A stretch of 52,575 nucleotides of DNA, from NCBI GenBank assembly GCA_963765895.1, contig CAVXZB010000005.1, positions 1 through 52,575 on the forward strand. The letters run 5' to 3'. Below the pieces are notes generated by a model. The model was not told where the DNA came from. It searched no databases and worked only from the letters and a program-made list of their open reading frames with translations. This DNA comes from an uncultured Nitrososphaeraceae archaeon (GTDB lineage: Archaea; Thermoproteota; Nitrososphaeria; Nitrososphaerales; Nitrososphaeraceae). Shown here piece after piece: positions 32,980 through 43,829 of the stretch; within the stretch, counting starts at the first letter, position 1, and each line of letters starts with the position of its first letter. A program made the translations under genes and the position numbers.

Positions 32980-34636
32980 TTAAATTATGTTTATTCGTAT
33001 TGCCTTTAGAACAGTCAGTGGACTGGTGTCAGCTCCTACCATTAGGACATACTGCCCTGGCTTCAGATTTGATGCTGCGGTAAAAATATAAGAGACTTCT
33101 TTTGAATCACCAGCCTTCGTAAGATTGAGTTTATCTTGGCTAAAGCTCCCAGTAGAGTTTCCGAGATCTCCATTGCGTGTAAGCGATGATGATGATAACA
33201 TATTGACCTCTGTATCTGAAACTGCTTTGACTTGGACTTTGATATCAGTACTCTGTCCTCGCCGCAACGTGAGTTCAGCAGGGGAAGCAGATACAGATAT
33301 GGGAGAAGCCCTAGAAGCGTTTATCATGCCTATTTTATTCTCGGACCACTCGCTAAACCATACATTGTTGTTACCTTGTCCAACGGAAAACTGTAAGGCA
33401 TTTGCAATTCCGCATGGCACTTTTGGATCAATGCATTGTCCCCACCGACTGTCTTGAGTGGGTATCCAATATTCAGTAAGAGTTTGGGTCGCAGGATCAA
33501 ACTTTGCAATTTTATTCCCAGTATGTTCATTGAACCACAGCATCCCATTAGAGTCACTTTTTATCCAATAAGGCAAGGTGTATGCGCCTTGAGGCGCGCT
33601 GCTACTGTTGGAACCAAATATTCTAGCAGATGCCTTTGATGTCGAGTACTTGGTAATATTTCCTGTGCTGTGGTCCAACTTGAAAAACAGGCTGGTACCG
33701 TGATCCGTCATCCATGGATTGCTTTCATTGTCTATTGCAATACCCACTGGGGAACTTAGTTCAGGGGGCATATCATATGTTTTGAAATTTTTATCTCTTA
33801 GATCATATCTTATAATTTGCCCCTTTGTATTGAAAGCAAGCATTGAAATCCAGATCACGCCATTTTTCTTATCCAGGGCTAGTGAGCCAGGACCTGATAA
33901 GATCAGGGTCAATTCCTTTAAATCCAGAAACCGGGATTGGAATCTTGGAAAGTCCATCCGATGTCCCATTTCTTAATTTTGTTAAATTTCCAATCCAAAG
34001 AGTAGGCGAACGGATTCCGACAAAATAAACATTTCCATTGTTATCGAAATCTACTGAAACTGGATATGCCGTCCCAAAAGAACTAGAATTTTCTGGAACC
34101 TTATACATCTCAAACTTTTGCGAGGATTTAAAATACCTCCAAATTGCGTTTTGTTTTTCATCGGTAAACCAAAGATCTCCATTTTTATCGCTCTTCATAT
34201 CCCAAACTTGAGAAGAGTCAATCGGTTCCGAGCGAGATTTCCATATTGGAATTAGCTTTTCTTTTTCAAAGTTACCGGATTTAGAATCAAACGCTCCAAG
34301 TGCACCGTTTTTTGTAGATATATACCATATATTGTTCCCATTACCTTCGGCATATACGGCCAAGGGCATTTCACAGTGTTGAGGAAGTTTGTACTCTTGA
34401 ACATATTCGTTAGCGTTGGTCTTAGAGTCTGTTCCACAGAATTGTAATTGGTATTTCTTTACAGCATCTTGTTTAGAGTTAGCCACAAGACTAGCTGAGG
34501 GATATCTCGAAATGGTTGTAGGGGCGTTATTATTTCCTTGCAAGGAAACATATGCAACTATAAGAACTAATACCCCAATTGATCCGATAATCAGGACCGA
34601 CTTAACCCTCTTAGATACAATCCGTGGCTTTGCCAA
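32980..34636 (-). CDS. Membrane-anchored Vgb/NHL-like beta-propeller protein with an Ig-like C-terminus (frameshift ~33900)
   Basis: N-terminal TM helix; repeated D-x-N-G-x-x-W-F-x-(D/E) blades; ORFs 33869-34636 and 32980-33969. Confidence 0.85.
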
Positions 34637-34849
34637 CTAAACAACAATTTCTAATTCAGAACATATATCTCTTGTTGAAACCAAACCAAGTATGATGAAA
34701 AAATAGTCAATCCAAAGGTGCAGAAGCAGCCAGTCATGGGTCCTTAGCAGTGGCGAAGAGCCAATATGAAAATCTAACACTTGATGTTTGACACTTTTAA
34801 AGGCCTATAGACGGCAGTTCGGATAAATGCCTTTTCTACATGTACCTAT

Positions 34850-35299
34850 TCAGGTTAACTCTGAGTCGTCATCACTGCCAGTTGATGGTAGGCCGCTATT
34901 GCATATATTTAGCATTTCCTCTATTGCTCTATTCGCCAGGAAATCGGCTGATTTATTCTCTTGTCTAGGTATGTACTTGTAATAAATGACTTTATACCTA
35001 TGTTCTAGATTTGATATTTCTCTGGACAAGATTTTCAAGTCCTTATTTCTTATCTTATACTGCTTATTTCTTTGTTGTACGACTAATTTACTATCTGAGA
35101 AAACCATAATCTCATTATCAATTTCAATAGCGACTTCAAGTGCCTTTTTTAAGGCAAGATATTCGGCCCTATTGTTAGTTTGCTTCCCGACAAATTGTGC
35201 TATCTCTTTTATTTTCAAGTCATTTTTCATTATCACAACACCAATCCCAGAGAGCCCGGGATTACCTCTACTTGCGCCGTCAATATAGATGGAAATCAT
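34850..35299 (-). CDS. rnhA: Ribonuclease HI
   Basis: DGASRGNPG, TNNRAEY, SDSKLVV and PRQENKSADFLAN. Confidence 0.95.
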   Translation of the reverse strand: MISIYIDGASRGNPGLSGIGVVIMKNDLKIKEIAQFVGKQTNNRAEYLALKKALEVAIEIDNEIMVFSDSKLVVQQRNKQYKIRNKDLKILSREISNLEHRYKVIYYKYIPRQENKSADFLANRAIEEMLNICNSGLPSTGSDDDSELT

Positions 35300-35420
35300 G
35301 CTATCAGTTTCTCTGAGAACTTATCCTTGGTCAAAGGCTGTTGCACCGAATTGAATGCCCTAATTGTTAAATCTGGAATCATTATCGATAAACTGTTTTT
35401 ATGCATCAAGATTAGGATGC

Positions 35421-36171
35421 CTAAGATCCGTCTAGAAACGGTTTATAGTTATCAACCAGATCTACAAGTGGCATCTTGTCACCTCCTACTACCTTGATCT
35501 CAACGGTTTGTCTTCCGTCCTCTATTGTTATGATGTTGTATGAATTTTCAAAAAATCCTCTAAACCTAGATGAAGACGCTGTTCCAGCATATGCAATACT
35601 CAGTGGGCCCAACTTCCAAAGCCACGGCCTATGCTTGTGACCACAGAGGACCAGGTTGACTTTAGACTGAAGACAGGATCTAAGAGTATCACCAGCGTCA
35701 AGTATTATTATCTTATCAGTACCCTGTATCTGGTATCCCAATCAAATGATGATGCATTGTCACGATTTTTATTTTTTTCTCTGCGAATCCGTTCGTATTC
35801 TTTTCTAACCATTGGTTCTGTCTGTACCCGACCTCTCCCTCATCTCTATCTGGCCTTGCAGTCCCTAGAGTAAGGATTACAGCATCATCAAACTCGTAGA
35901 CAAGTCTTGATGGAAACAGCTTCTTAAAGATCAGATATCCTGTGTGACGATAATCATGGTTTCCGGCTATTATTATTTTATTTTGACAATTAAATCTCGC
36001 AATTTCCCTGCGGGCCTGCTCGAACTGAAAAAGTAATCCATCATCGGTCAAATCTCCACTAATGATAATGGCATCTGGATCTATCTCATTTGTCTCTTCT
36101 ACAACCAAGTCAAATATCTCTTGCCGGAAGAGACTTCCAATATGAATATCAGATATTTGAACCAATTTCAC
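35421..36171 (-). CDS. Calcineurin-like metallophosphoesterase (Icc/CpdA-like; frameshift ~35730)
   Basis: SDIH, GDLTD, GNHD, HHH and GHKH motifs across two ORFs. Confidence 0.9.
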
Positions 36172-36274
36172 TATATTTCAAGTTGTCCTTACTGACGGAG
36201 ATATTAATAAGATATGGATTATACATAAAGAAATAATACCTGTAAGAGATGGGATTAGACTATGAAAAACGGAG

Positions 36275-36841
36275 ATGCCTAAGCGAAAGGTAAAAGAAGA
36301 GAAACCTCCCAAGAGATTGGGTAAAAAGGAAATCTTGATAGCCCCGATTGCGATGGGTGCATCATTATTGGTTGCTCTTGTTATCATCCCTCATTTTGCT
36401 CCTCCACCTATACCAACAAGGATCTGTCTCAAGGCACATAACGTTGATAGTTTCAACCTAAATCCAACTGTACAAGTTGTAGTCAATGGTTCGCAAGAAC
36501 AGCTTCCAAATGGAGTAGGAAAGACCCAAACTGCAGGAAAAGAATGTCTCCATATTATACATACCGATGCGGTCGGGAACAAACTACATATCGAATATAT
36601 AAGACCTATTAGGCTCTCTATGGCCGACTTTATGAAAATATATTCACCAACAAACAAGACGATTACAGTTGTGGACAATCATACGGGTACTTCGCAGGAT
36701 CGTATCATAACACTAAAAGATTATAATGTCAAGTATTCTTATTATTCTGAAAAAGGAGCATTCACCAATGTCAGCTCGACATCACGTATGCCTCCATTCA
36801 CTAACGAATTGGTTGCGAGGATACAACTATCTGCCAAATAG
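36275..36841 (+). CDS. Membrane-anchored hypothetical protein with a CxHxxHT...H motif
   Basis: Lys-rich N-terminus, single TM helix, CLHIIHTD...LHIE. Confidence 0.8.
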   Translation: MPKRKVKEEKPPKRLGKKEILIAPIAMGASLLVALVIIPHFAPPPIPTRICLKAHNVDSFNLNPTVQVVVNGSQEQLPNGVGKTQTAGKECLHIIHTDAVGNKLHIEYIRPIRLSMADFMKIYSPTNKTITVVDNHTGTSQDRIITLKDYNVKYSYYSEKGAFTNVSSTSRMPPFTNELVARIQLSAK

Positions 36842-36869
36842 ATATAAGTAGTAAGCATTTTGCTTTTGA

Positions 36870-37902
36870 TTGGTTTCATTGGTAAACAAGACTGCTGCTG
36901 TCATACGAGGAGACGGGACTGGACCAGAGCTAGTAAACGCAATGTTAAAAGTCCTCAAGGAATGTAATAGCAACTCTGAGCTGATTTTGTGTGACGCTGG
37001 TTCTGAATGGTGGAAGAAGAATAATGCAGATAGCTATATTTCGGAAGAGGTGTGGAATCTGCTCAAGTCTAGCGATGCTTGCTTTAAGGGCCCAACAACA
37101 ACGATTCCTGTTCCCAATGCACCACGTAGCGTAGCAGTAAGCATCAGACAAAAGTTTGAATTGTATGCAAATGTTCGTCCAATTAAGACCTATGCTAACT
37201 CTAATCTACAATTAGACTTCACGTGCGTCCGCGAGGCGACAGAGGGAATGTACGCAGGAATTGAATTTAGGACATCGGATGAGTCAGCAATTGCCATTAG
37301 AAAGATAACAAAGAAGTGTTGTGACAGGATAGCTAGGAAAGGCTTTCAACTAGCCAATGATCTTGGCTTCAAGAGAATCTATGCAATAACCAAGAGGAAT
37401 ATTCTGAAAGAAACAGACGGGATATTTTGGTCATCAATAGAAAATTGCCTGCAGGAATTCCAGGGTATTCAAGTTGAGGAATATTATATCGACAATATAA
37501 CGCAGCAACTTGTGAAGAATCCAGACAGATTCAACCAAAGCATTTTGCTAAGCACAAATCTATTTATGGATATCGTTTCAGAATGCGCTTCAGGAAATGT
37601 TGGATCTATAGGTAATGTGTATTCCGGTAATTATGGTGATTCTTATGCAATGTTTGAACCAGCTCACGGTAGCGCTCCTAAATACGCGGGAAAGGATATG
37701 GTGAACCCTGTAGCAACTATCCTGTCAGGGGCGTGGTTGGTAAAGTATTTGGGAGAATCTTTCATATCAGATGCCATTTTTAATGCCACAGAATCAGTCA
37801 TAAATGAGAACAAGTATGTAACATATGACTTGGGCGGATCTGCTTCTCTCTAGAATGGCAGAAGAGATCGCAACAAAGGCGTCCGCGCTCTTAAAAAAAT
37901 AA
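36870..37902 (+). CDS. Isocitrate/isopropylmalate dehydrogenase family protein (frameshift near the 3' end)
   Basis: GDGTGPE, LYANVRP, REATEG, KRNI, NLFMDIVSE and FEPAHGSAPKYAG. The ORF stops at 37853; the alternate frame continues MAEEIA...LKK* to 37902. Confidence 0.92.
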
Positions 37903-37914
37903 AAATTAACAATT

Positions 37915-38499
37915 TCATAATTTGTTCGAGATTTCGTAAACATACAGCGTTTCGAAGAAAATTTTTTTCTTTCCTACTATCCTTATCTCAAGGTTCATTT
38001 TTTCGGTGAATGAATTTATTTTCATTATGTTTGACAGATCTGATAACACAACTAAGATCTTTCCTTCCACATCTAACAAAGATACTGACGATCGTATAAA
38101 ATGCAGTGCCAACTCGGAGCCATATAATCCTCCATATATTGTACTGTCAGTTATACCAATATCGTCTTGAGGTAGATATGGAGGGTTGCTTACAATCAAG
38201 TCAAACTTTGCCGCTATTGCAGAAGCAGCGTCACAGCAAATTAGGGTCACTTTTTTAGACAGATTGTTAAGACAGTAAATAAGTGAATTAAAATGGGTAT
38301 CTGTTCCAATCACAAATCTGAAACTATCACATAGTTTATCTAAGATTATCCCTGAACCTACACCAATTTCTAGAGCGCATTTACCAGTATAATGCTTTAC
38401 CGTCTTTGCAAGAAGATAAGAATCTTCGGCAGGGATATACAAATATATTAAATTAGGCGAAGTATTATATAAAAAAACGTTAAGCTGGAATTCAAACAA
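37915..38499 (-). CDS. HemK2/PrmC-like class I SAM methyltransferase
   Basis: YIPAEDSYLL, LEIGVGSG, SNPPYLP and FFETL; usual position after ksgA. Confidence 0.9.
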   Translation of the reverse strand: MFEFQLNVFLYNTSPNLIYLYIPAEDSYLLAKTVKHYTGKCALEIGVGSGIILDKLCDSFRFVIGTDTHFNSLIYCLNNLSKKVTLICCDAASAIAAKFDLIVSNPPYLPQDDIGITDSTIYGGLYGSELALHFIRSSVSLLDVEGKILVVLSDLSNIMKINSFTEKMNLEIRIVGKKKIFFETLYVYEISNKL

Positions 38500-38597
38500 G
38501 ATTAAATACCTTTTACCACCACAATGCTTACCAACGTAGATACTAAAGTAGCAACTATCATCTGAGAATGATAGCCAATGAACTAATGAACTTCTTT

Positions 38598-39322
38598 TTA
38601 TGACAATGAAGATTTCGCGATACTTACCAGCTGATCAAAATCAAGGTGATCTATCTTAATGTCAAGGGGTATCCGGTTTAACCGAAATTTTTTGTTCAGT
38701 ACCGAAACCTTACGGTTTCTCTGAGAAAAAATCATATTTAAATTCTTAATGATCGGTTCGGTCAGTCTCGGAGTATTCTTCGGAACTAGCTGCAAAACCA
38801 CAGATTCAACCAATGGCATAGGATAGAATGACTTTTTAGACACAGCAAACAAATTTCGCAGGTGGAAGCTATATTGGCATACCACTGAAATTGCGCGGTA
38901 GCTCTTTTCTCCTACATTTGATTGTATCTTCTCTGCAAACTCCTTTTGAAGCATAACGATGGCCCGATCAAATTGTTGCAACGATAACCATTCCATTATC
39001 GGTTTGCTCCTGGAGTAGGGAATATTAGATACAAAGACATCGAATTTGAGATTGCGTGACTTTAGTGGATCTGCATTTACAAGTGCCAAGTTGAAAAAGG
39101 GACTGAGACACGCTTTTGCTTTTTCGAAGATAATTTTGTCAATTTCAAATGAAGTCACATATTTGGCCCTTTTGCAAAGTTCTTTTGTTAACATTCCTGA
39201 TCCTGTGCCTAATTCACAAACCGACTCAGTTCCAACAAAGCTACCGAATTTACGATATGTTCAATGACGGGAGCTTCTATAAGCATGTGCTGACCATAGG
39301 CTCTCCTTCTAGATCTGATCAT
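38598..39322 (-). CDS. ksgA: 16S rRNA adenine dimethyltransferase KsgA/Dim1 (frameshift ~39235)
   Basis: Manual N-terminus MIRSRRRAYGQHML; then FEID, SNIPY, MLQKEFA and FYPMPLVES. Confidence 0.9.
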
Positions 39323-39948
39323 TTCCTTACAAATAGATTCATCCTTGATGTGCCAGTTATTTCATCAATTATCCTTTTAGCAATCAACTTTGCAGGATCT
39401 CGCAGGCCGACTCTATCTTGTATATCAGCAAAAGAAACAAATTTTTTGAGTTCGCGTTTCTTTATGATAGTCATCATGTAGATTTTTCCTATGCCGGGGA
39501 TGAGTTCTAATGCATGAATTCTAGGAGTGAGGGCTTGTGCCATGTTTATATAGTCTACGAATCTTTTTTCGTTAGTTGTCACTACCTTCTCAACTATAGT
39601 TGGTAGTTCCGATTTGGCTGACTGAGATATATTGACATAGTCTAACCTTCCAAGAACACTAATTACCTTATTTCGACCATCCCGACCTATATATACCCGT
39701 TCTCCAACCTCAAAATTCGCATTTTGGTCGCCTAATAATTCTAACAAGGTTAGATGCTCTTCCCCAATTGACTGCACAATTACACCTTCTCGCCCCCTAA
39801 CGGTAGTAGACTTACCCCTCGGAACGAAGTCTAAAATATAGGCGTATTCTTCGTACTTCCTTTGTGGCAGTTGCTGATAGCCATCTGAGCTTGATTGCGG
39901 ACTTTTTTCGTCACCATCATCTGAACGCGTAGGCAGGGTAGCTGGCAA
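39319..39948 (-). CDS. DUF655 putative RNA-binding protein
   Basis: EEYAYILDF, GERVYIG and RIHALELIPGIGK (HhH); conserved rpl21e-rpo4-DUF655-ksgA order. Confidence 0.93.
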   Translation of the reverse strand: MPATLPTRSDDGDEKSPQSSSDGYQQLPQRKYEEYAYILDFVPRGKSTTVRGREGVIVQSIGEEHLTLLELLGDQNANFEVGERVYIGRDGRNKVISVLGRLDYVNISQSAKSELPTIVEKVVTTNEKRFVDYINMAQALTPRIHALELIPGIGKIYMMTIIKKRELKKFVSFADIQDRVGLRDPAKLIAKRIIDEITGTSRMNLFVRK

Positions 39949-39986
39949 TCTCTCTTCTCGACAAATACTTACGAATAACTTTTTAT

Positions 39987-40319
39987 TTAACTTTCAGAAG
40001 ATTGCTTGATTATATTCAAAATTTTTTCTAGATTTTCTGTAAGAATAAGCTTCTTCCAACCGAACGTGAAAGCTCTTAATTCTTCTAGAGATTGAGGTAA
40101 TATATTGACAACCTCAGCTGCTTCTTCTTCTTTCAGGTCACACCGTTCTATCAGATCACTTTTCATTTGATGCGAACGCTCGTCATCAGATTTTGAAAAT
40201 TTCACTACGTAGTCATATGTCCATCGTTGGATTTGATCCATTTCTTCCGGTTTCACTGCTTGCAGTAATGCTTTCACTTCAGGCAGGGTAACGACTTCCT
40301 TGTTTATAATATCAGTCAT
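39987..40319 (-). CDS. rpo4: RNA polymerase subunit Rpo4 (F)
   Basis: VTLPEVK, YVVKFSK and NILPQSLEELR; gene context. Confidence 0.93.
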   Translation of the reverse strand: MTDIINKEVVTLPEVKALLQAVKPEEMDQIQRWTYDYVVKFSKSDDERSHQMKSDLIERCDLKEEEAAEVVNILPQSLEELRAFTFGWKKLILTENLEKILNIIKQSSES

Positions 40320-40618
40320 TGGGCGATATTCTCACCACTTGATAATGGTCTAACGTGATTAGGCCTTGTTTGCAATGTCTTTTCCTTCGACCCAGTATAA
40401 ACCATAATTTTCAAAATTCTCTTCCCGACTTCATTTATCACTCCTACTTTGCCCTGAAATCTTCTATGAGGCATAGTGTGGTGTTCTCTCGGATCGATAT
40501 CAATGACAACCTTGTCACCCACTTTATAATTGATAAGGAGATATGATATTCCTCGTGATATCTTACTTTTAGTTAGAATTGAACGAGATTTTCTCTTAGG
40601 ACCGTGTGACTTGGGCAT
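40316..40618 (-). CDS. rpl21e: 50S ribosomal protein L21e
   Basis: GDKVVIDIDP and MPHRRFQGKVG. Confidence 0.96.
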   Translation of the reverse strand: MPKSHGPKRKSRSILTKSKISRGISYLLINYKVGDKVVIDIDPREHHTMPHRRFQGKVGVINEVGKRILKIMVYTGSKEKTLQTRPNHVRPLSSGENIAQ

Positions 40619-40652
40619 GACAGATTATCTACCAAATGCCTTTAATTTAATA

Positions 40653-41630
40653 TTATCTACTATTTGGCTGAGGATCTTCTACCCCTTTCTCTGATAATGT
40701 AAACAAGGCTTCTCTTTCAGGGTGACATGGACTATCTACCATCCTCGCAATTCTATTTTTTCCGGATCGCTTAAGATAAACACGGTAAGTGCTAGTATGG
40801 GCTACAACATGTCCCCCAGTAGGTCTATAAGGATCCCCGAAGATTGCGTCTGGAGATGACTGAATTTGGTTAGTGACCACAAGAGCGACATTATAGGTCT
40901 CAGCAATTCTTATGAGAGTATGCATAAACTTATTTAATCGCTGTTGTCTCTCCGAAAGCGATGCCCTCCCCAAAAATTCAGCTCTATAATGTGCCACTGC
41001 GGAGTCAATTATGACTAATTTTATGTTATTTTCTTCAATGACTGGCCCAGTTTGCTCGACAATTAATTCCTGATGAGCGCTATTGTATGCCTTTGCAACT
41101 ATTATATGCTCAAGACAGCTTTCCGGATCCATTGCTCTTGCCTCAGCTATCGATACTATCCTTTCGGGGCGGAAAGTATTTTCAGTGTCAATATATAGTA
41201 CTTTTGCATTTAAGCCTCCCTCGGATTTGGATCTAGATATTATGGCGCTCAACACATGGCAAATTTGCGTTTTACCAGTTCCATATTCTCCATAAATTTC
41301 GGTAATCGCGTTGGTTTCTATACCTCCACCAAATAATTCATCGAGGTTTCCAGAACCCGTAGAAATTCTTTCGGCATTCTTGCGCTTTTCGTAAAGTATG
41401 GTTGCTGTAATAAAGCTTTTGTCAAGTATTCCAAGATCTTCGAGAATTACTCTTGCCTTATTACATATATTGATAGTCTTTTCCATTTCCATTCCAGTGG
41501 CGTCTGAAACATCTACTGGTCCCCTTACGACCAGATCCTTAATGGATTTGAATCCGGCTAATTCAAGACGATCTCTTGTAGTTGTCCCAATCTCTTCTAT
41601 GCTATCCAAATCGAAAGGTCCATGCCCCAT
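40653..41630 (-). CDS. radA: DNA recombinase RadA (start 41630 or 41642)
   Basis: N-terminal HhH domain; GEYGTGKTQ, YIDTENTFRPER, YRAEFLGR, ERQQ and VTNQ. Confidence 0.93.
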   Translation of the reverse strand: MGHGPFDLDSIEEIGTTTRDRLELAGFKSIKDLVVRGPVDVSDATGMEMEKTINICNKARVILEDLGILDKSFITATILYEKRKNAERISTGSGNLDELFGGGIETNAITEIYGEYGTGKTQICHVLSAIISRSKSEGGLNAKVLYIDTENTFRPERIVSIAEARAMDPESCLEHIIVAKAYNSAHQELIVEQTGPVIEENNIKLVIIDSAVAHYRAEFLGRASLSERQQRLNKFMHTLIRIAETYNVALVVTNQIQSSPDAIFGDPYRPTGGHVVAHTSTYRVYLKRSGKNRIARMVDSPCHPEREALFTLSEKGVEDPQPNSR

Positions 41631-41877
41631 TTCTTCATTCAAAGACCATCGATCAAATACAGGCGTCAAGACTATTAAATTAACACTGTTTATTTCAAAC
41701 ATTGCCCCAAGAAATGCCAATACGGCCAGATGACTCGTCATTAGTATGAAGGATTAGAAGCCTTTTTTTAACTAGGGAGTGCGAGGCATCTTCAGACCAT
41801 TGTATTGGCCCTTCCCTGCTTGGGTATAATGTAACAAATAAATAAAGATAAAAATAAGTTTTATTGCCTCAATTCTG

Positions 41878-42559
41878 GTGCTATGTTTGTTAGTCGACCT
41901 GAACCTATATAATAAAAAGGTAATTGTTATCGGTGGCGGTACAGAAGGCACAAGAAAAGTTAGAGGACTAGTTGGGCAAAATAGCAAGATTATAGTACTA
42001 AGTCCCAGGTTAAACCGTTATCTGAAAGATTTAGAATCCAGAGGAGAGATAATAACCACAGTATCAAAGGTGCGAGATGTTAATGTCCTCGATAACTACG
42101 AGGGTGTCTTTCTGGTTATAGCTGCCTACTGATGATAAAGAACTAAATCGTAGGCTCGTTAAGAAAGGGAGGTCAATGGGTGCGTTTGTATATGCAGTAG
42201 ACGATCCTGCAGTAAGTGATTTTTCATATGCTTCCATTATAAATATTGAGGACGTTATGCAAATAGCAGTGTCAACATCCGGTCGAAGTCCTATCATGGC
42301 TCGCAGGATTCGCATAAGGGCAGAGCGAGTATTGCGTAGACTAATAAAGAAAACAGATATTGAGATGGCAAAATTACAAGAATTTGCTCGAAATGCGGCG
42401 CGATCGAAGATAGATACCGTTACTGAAAGAAAGGAATTTCTATATTCTGTGGAAGGCAATAATGACATTCAGATGATGCTTAAAGAAAATAAAATTGAGG
42501 AGGCCAGGGTTGCCACTCTCAATTTATTGAATAGATGGAGTAATGATCACATTCATTGA
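41878..42559 (+). CDS. sirC: Precorrin-2 dehydrogenase / sirohydrochlorin ferrochelatase (SirC/Met8-like; frameshift ~42125)
   Basis: VIGGGTEGTRKV Rossmann motif; VDDP...DF and IAVSTSGRSP. Confidence 0.88.
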
Positions 42560-43827
42560 GTACAGCTTCAATAAGCCATCAATTGCAGATCCTGAATGTT
42601 AGAATTACATTTAGGAACGCGCCGGTTCACATCCTTGAAAGATTTACGTTTAAAAATATTAGCAAAGCGTGTGAATCGTTTAAACAGCAAGCTGCGCTAG
42701 AAGAATGCGTCATCCTTCAAACCTGTAACAGGGTTGAGGTCTTTGGTGCTGGTGCAACTACTGATGAACAAAAATTGTTAGAATCATGGGCGTCGCAAGT
42801 AGGCATGGCTGTTGAAGAATTCGCAATGGCCGCGGAGATTAGTACGGGTAAGGATGTCATCTCCCATTTGCTTAGATTAGCTGCTGGGTTGGATTCATTA
42901 GTGATAGGTGAGGATCAAATTTTGGGACAAATGAAAAGAGCGTTTGATTTTTCTCGCATGAATCACTATGCTGGATCTGATCTCTCAATGGTGTTCGATA
43001 AAGCATTCAAGGTTGGAAGTCGAGTCAGAAGTAGCACAGGTGTTAACAAGGGCAGTGTGTCCATAGGATCAATGGCTGTCAATTTGGCCGAGGAGAATAT
43101 GGATAATTTATATGACAAGAAGATCCTGTTAATAGGCTCAGGCGAAGGTGCTAGCCTAGTTGCGAAGGCCTTGAGACAGAGATCAATTAAATTTCAAGTT
43201 ACGAGTAGGACGTTTGAAAGAGCCAAATCATTTGCAGCTACTGTAGCGGGCGAGCCGATAACTTTTGATAACGCTCTCGAATCATTATGCGACATCGATT
43301 TGGTATTCGTTTCTACTACTGCTCCCTACTTTCTTGTTACCCACAGTAGAATTGAAGCGGCAATGAAAAATAGAGAAAAGGGGATGATGATTTTGGACCT
43401 ATCCAATCCTAGAACGGTTGAGGAGAGTGTAGCAGGTATTGGAAAAGTCAAGTTGGTGAATTTGGATCAGATTTCAGAGATAGTGGAGAAAAATATTCGA
43501 TTTCGAAAAAAGGAGATTGCATCTGCAGAGAATATCATAGACTCCGAGATGAAATCGGTTGATATATTGCTTAAAAGAAAAAAAGTAGAGCCACTTGTGG
43601 TCTCTATATTCAAAAGCGTAGATACTATTAGAAAACGTGAACTTTATAAAACACTTTCAATCCTTGGTAACGGTATTGGCCCGTCGGAAAGAAGGGTAAT
43701 AGAACAGCTTTCTCATGCTCTTGTTGAAGGAATGCTAGCGGCTCCTATGAATCACATTCGAAAGGAAATCGATATAGATGGCAAGGATCAAGAAGAAGCT
43801 ATTGAGATTGCTAGCCAAGTTATTTAA
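42556..43827 (+). CDS. hemA: Glutamyl-tRNA reductase
   Basis: LQTCNRVE, GLDSLVIGEDQILGQ and DLSNPR. Confidence 0.97.
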   Translation: MSTASISHQLQILNVRITFRNAPVHILERFTFKNISKACESFKQQAALEECVILQTCNRVEVFGAGATTDEQKLLESWASQVGMAVEEFAMAAEISTGKDVISHLLRLAAGLDSLVIGEDQILGQMKRAFDFSRMNHYAGSDLSMVFDKAFKVGSRVRSSTGVNKGSVSIGSMAVNLAEENMDNLYDKKILLIGSGEGASLVAKALRQRSIKFQVTSRTFERAKSFAATVAGEPITFDNALESLCDIDLVFVSTTAPYFLVTHSRIEAAMKNREKGMMILDLSNPRTVEESVAGIGKVKLVNLDQISEIVEKNIRFRKKEIASAENIIDSEMKSVDILLKRKKVEPLVVSIFKSVDTIRKRELYKTLSILGNGIGPSERRVIEQLSHALVEGMLAAPMNHIRKEIDIDGKDQEEAIEIASQVI

Positions 43828-43829
43828 AT

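Noticed and set aside
34690-34830. ATGATGA (C-box-like) in the spacer between the beta-propeller gene and rnhA
   Set aside because: No matching CTGA D' or D boxes at suitable distances.
41730-41800. Hammerhead ribozyme or C/D sRNA (CTGAAGA and ATGACGA on the minus strand)
   Set aside because: No GAAA follows stem II for a hammerhead, and box order and spacing do not fit a C/D RNA. Kept only as a generic hairpin candidate.
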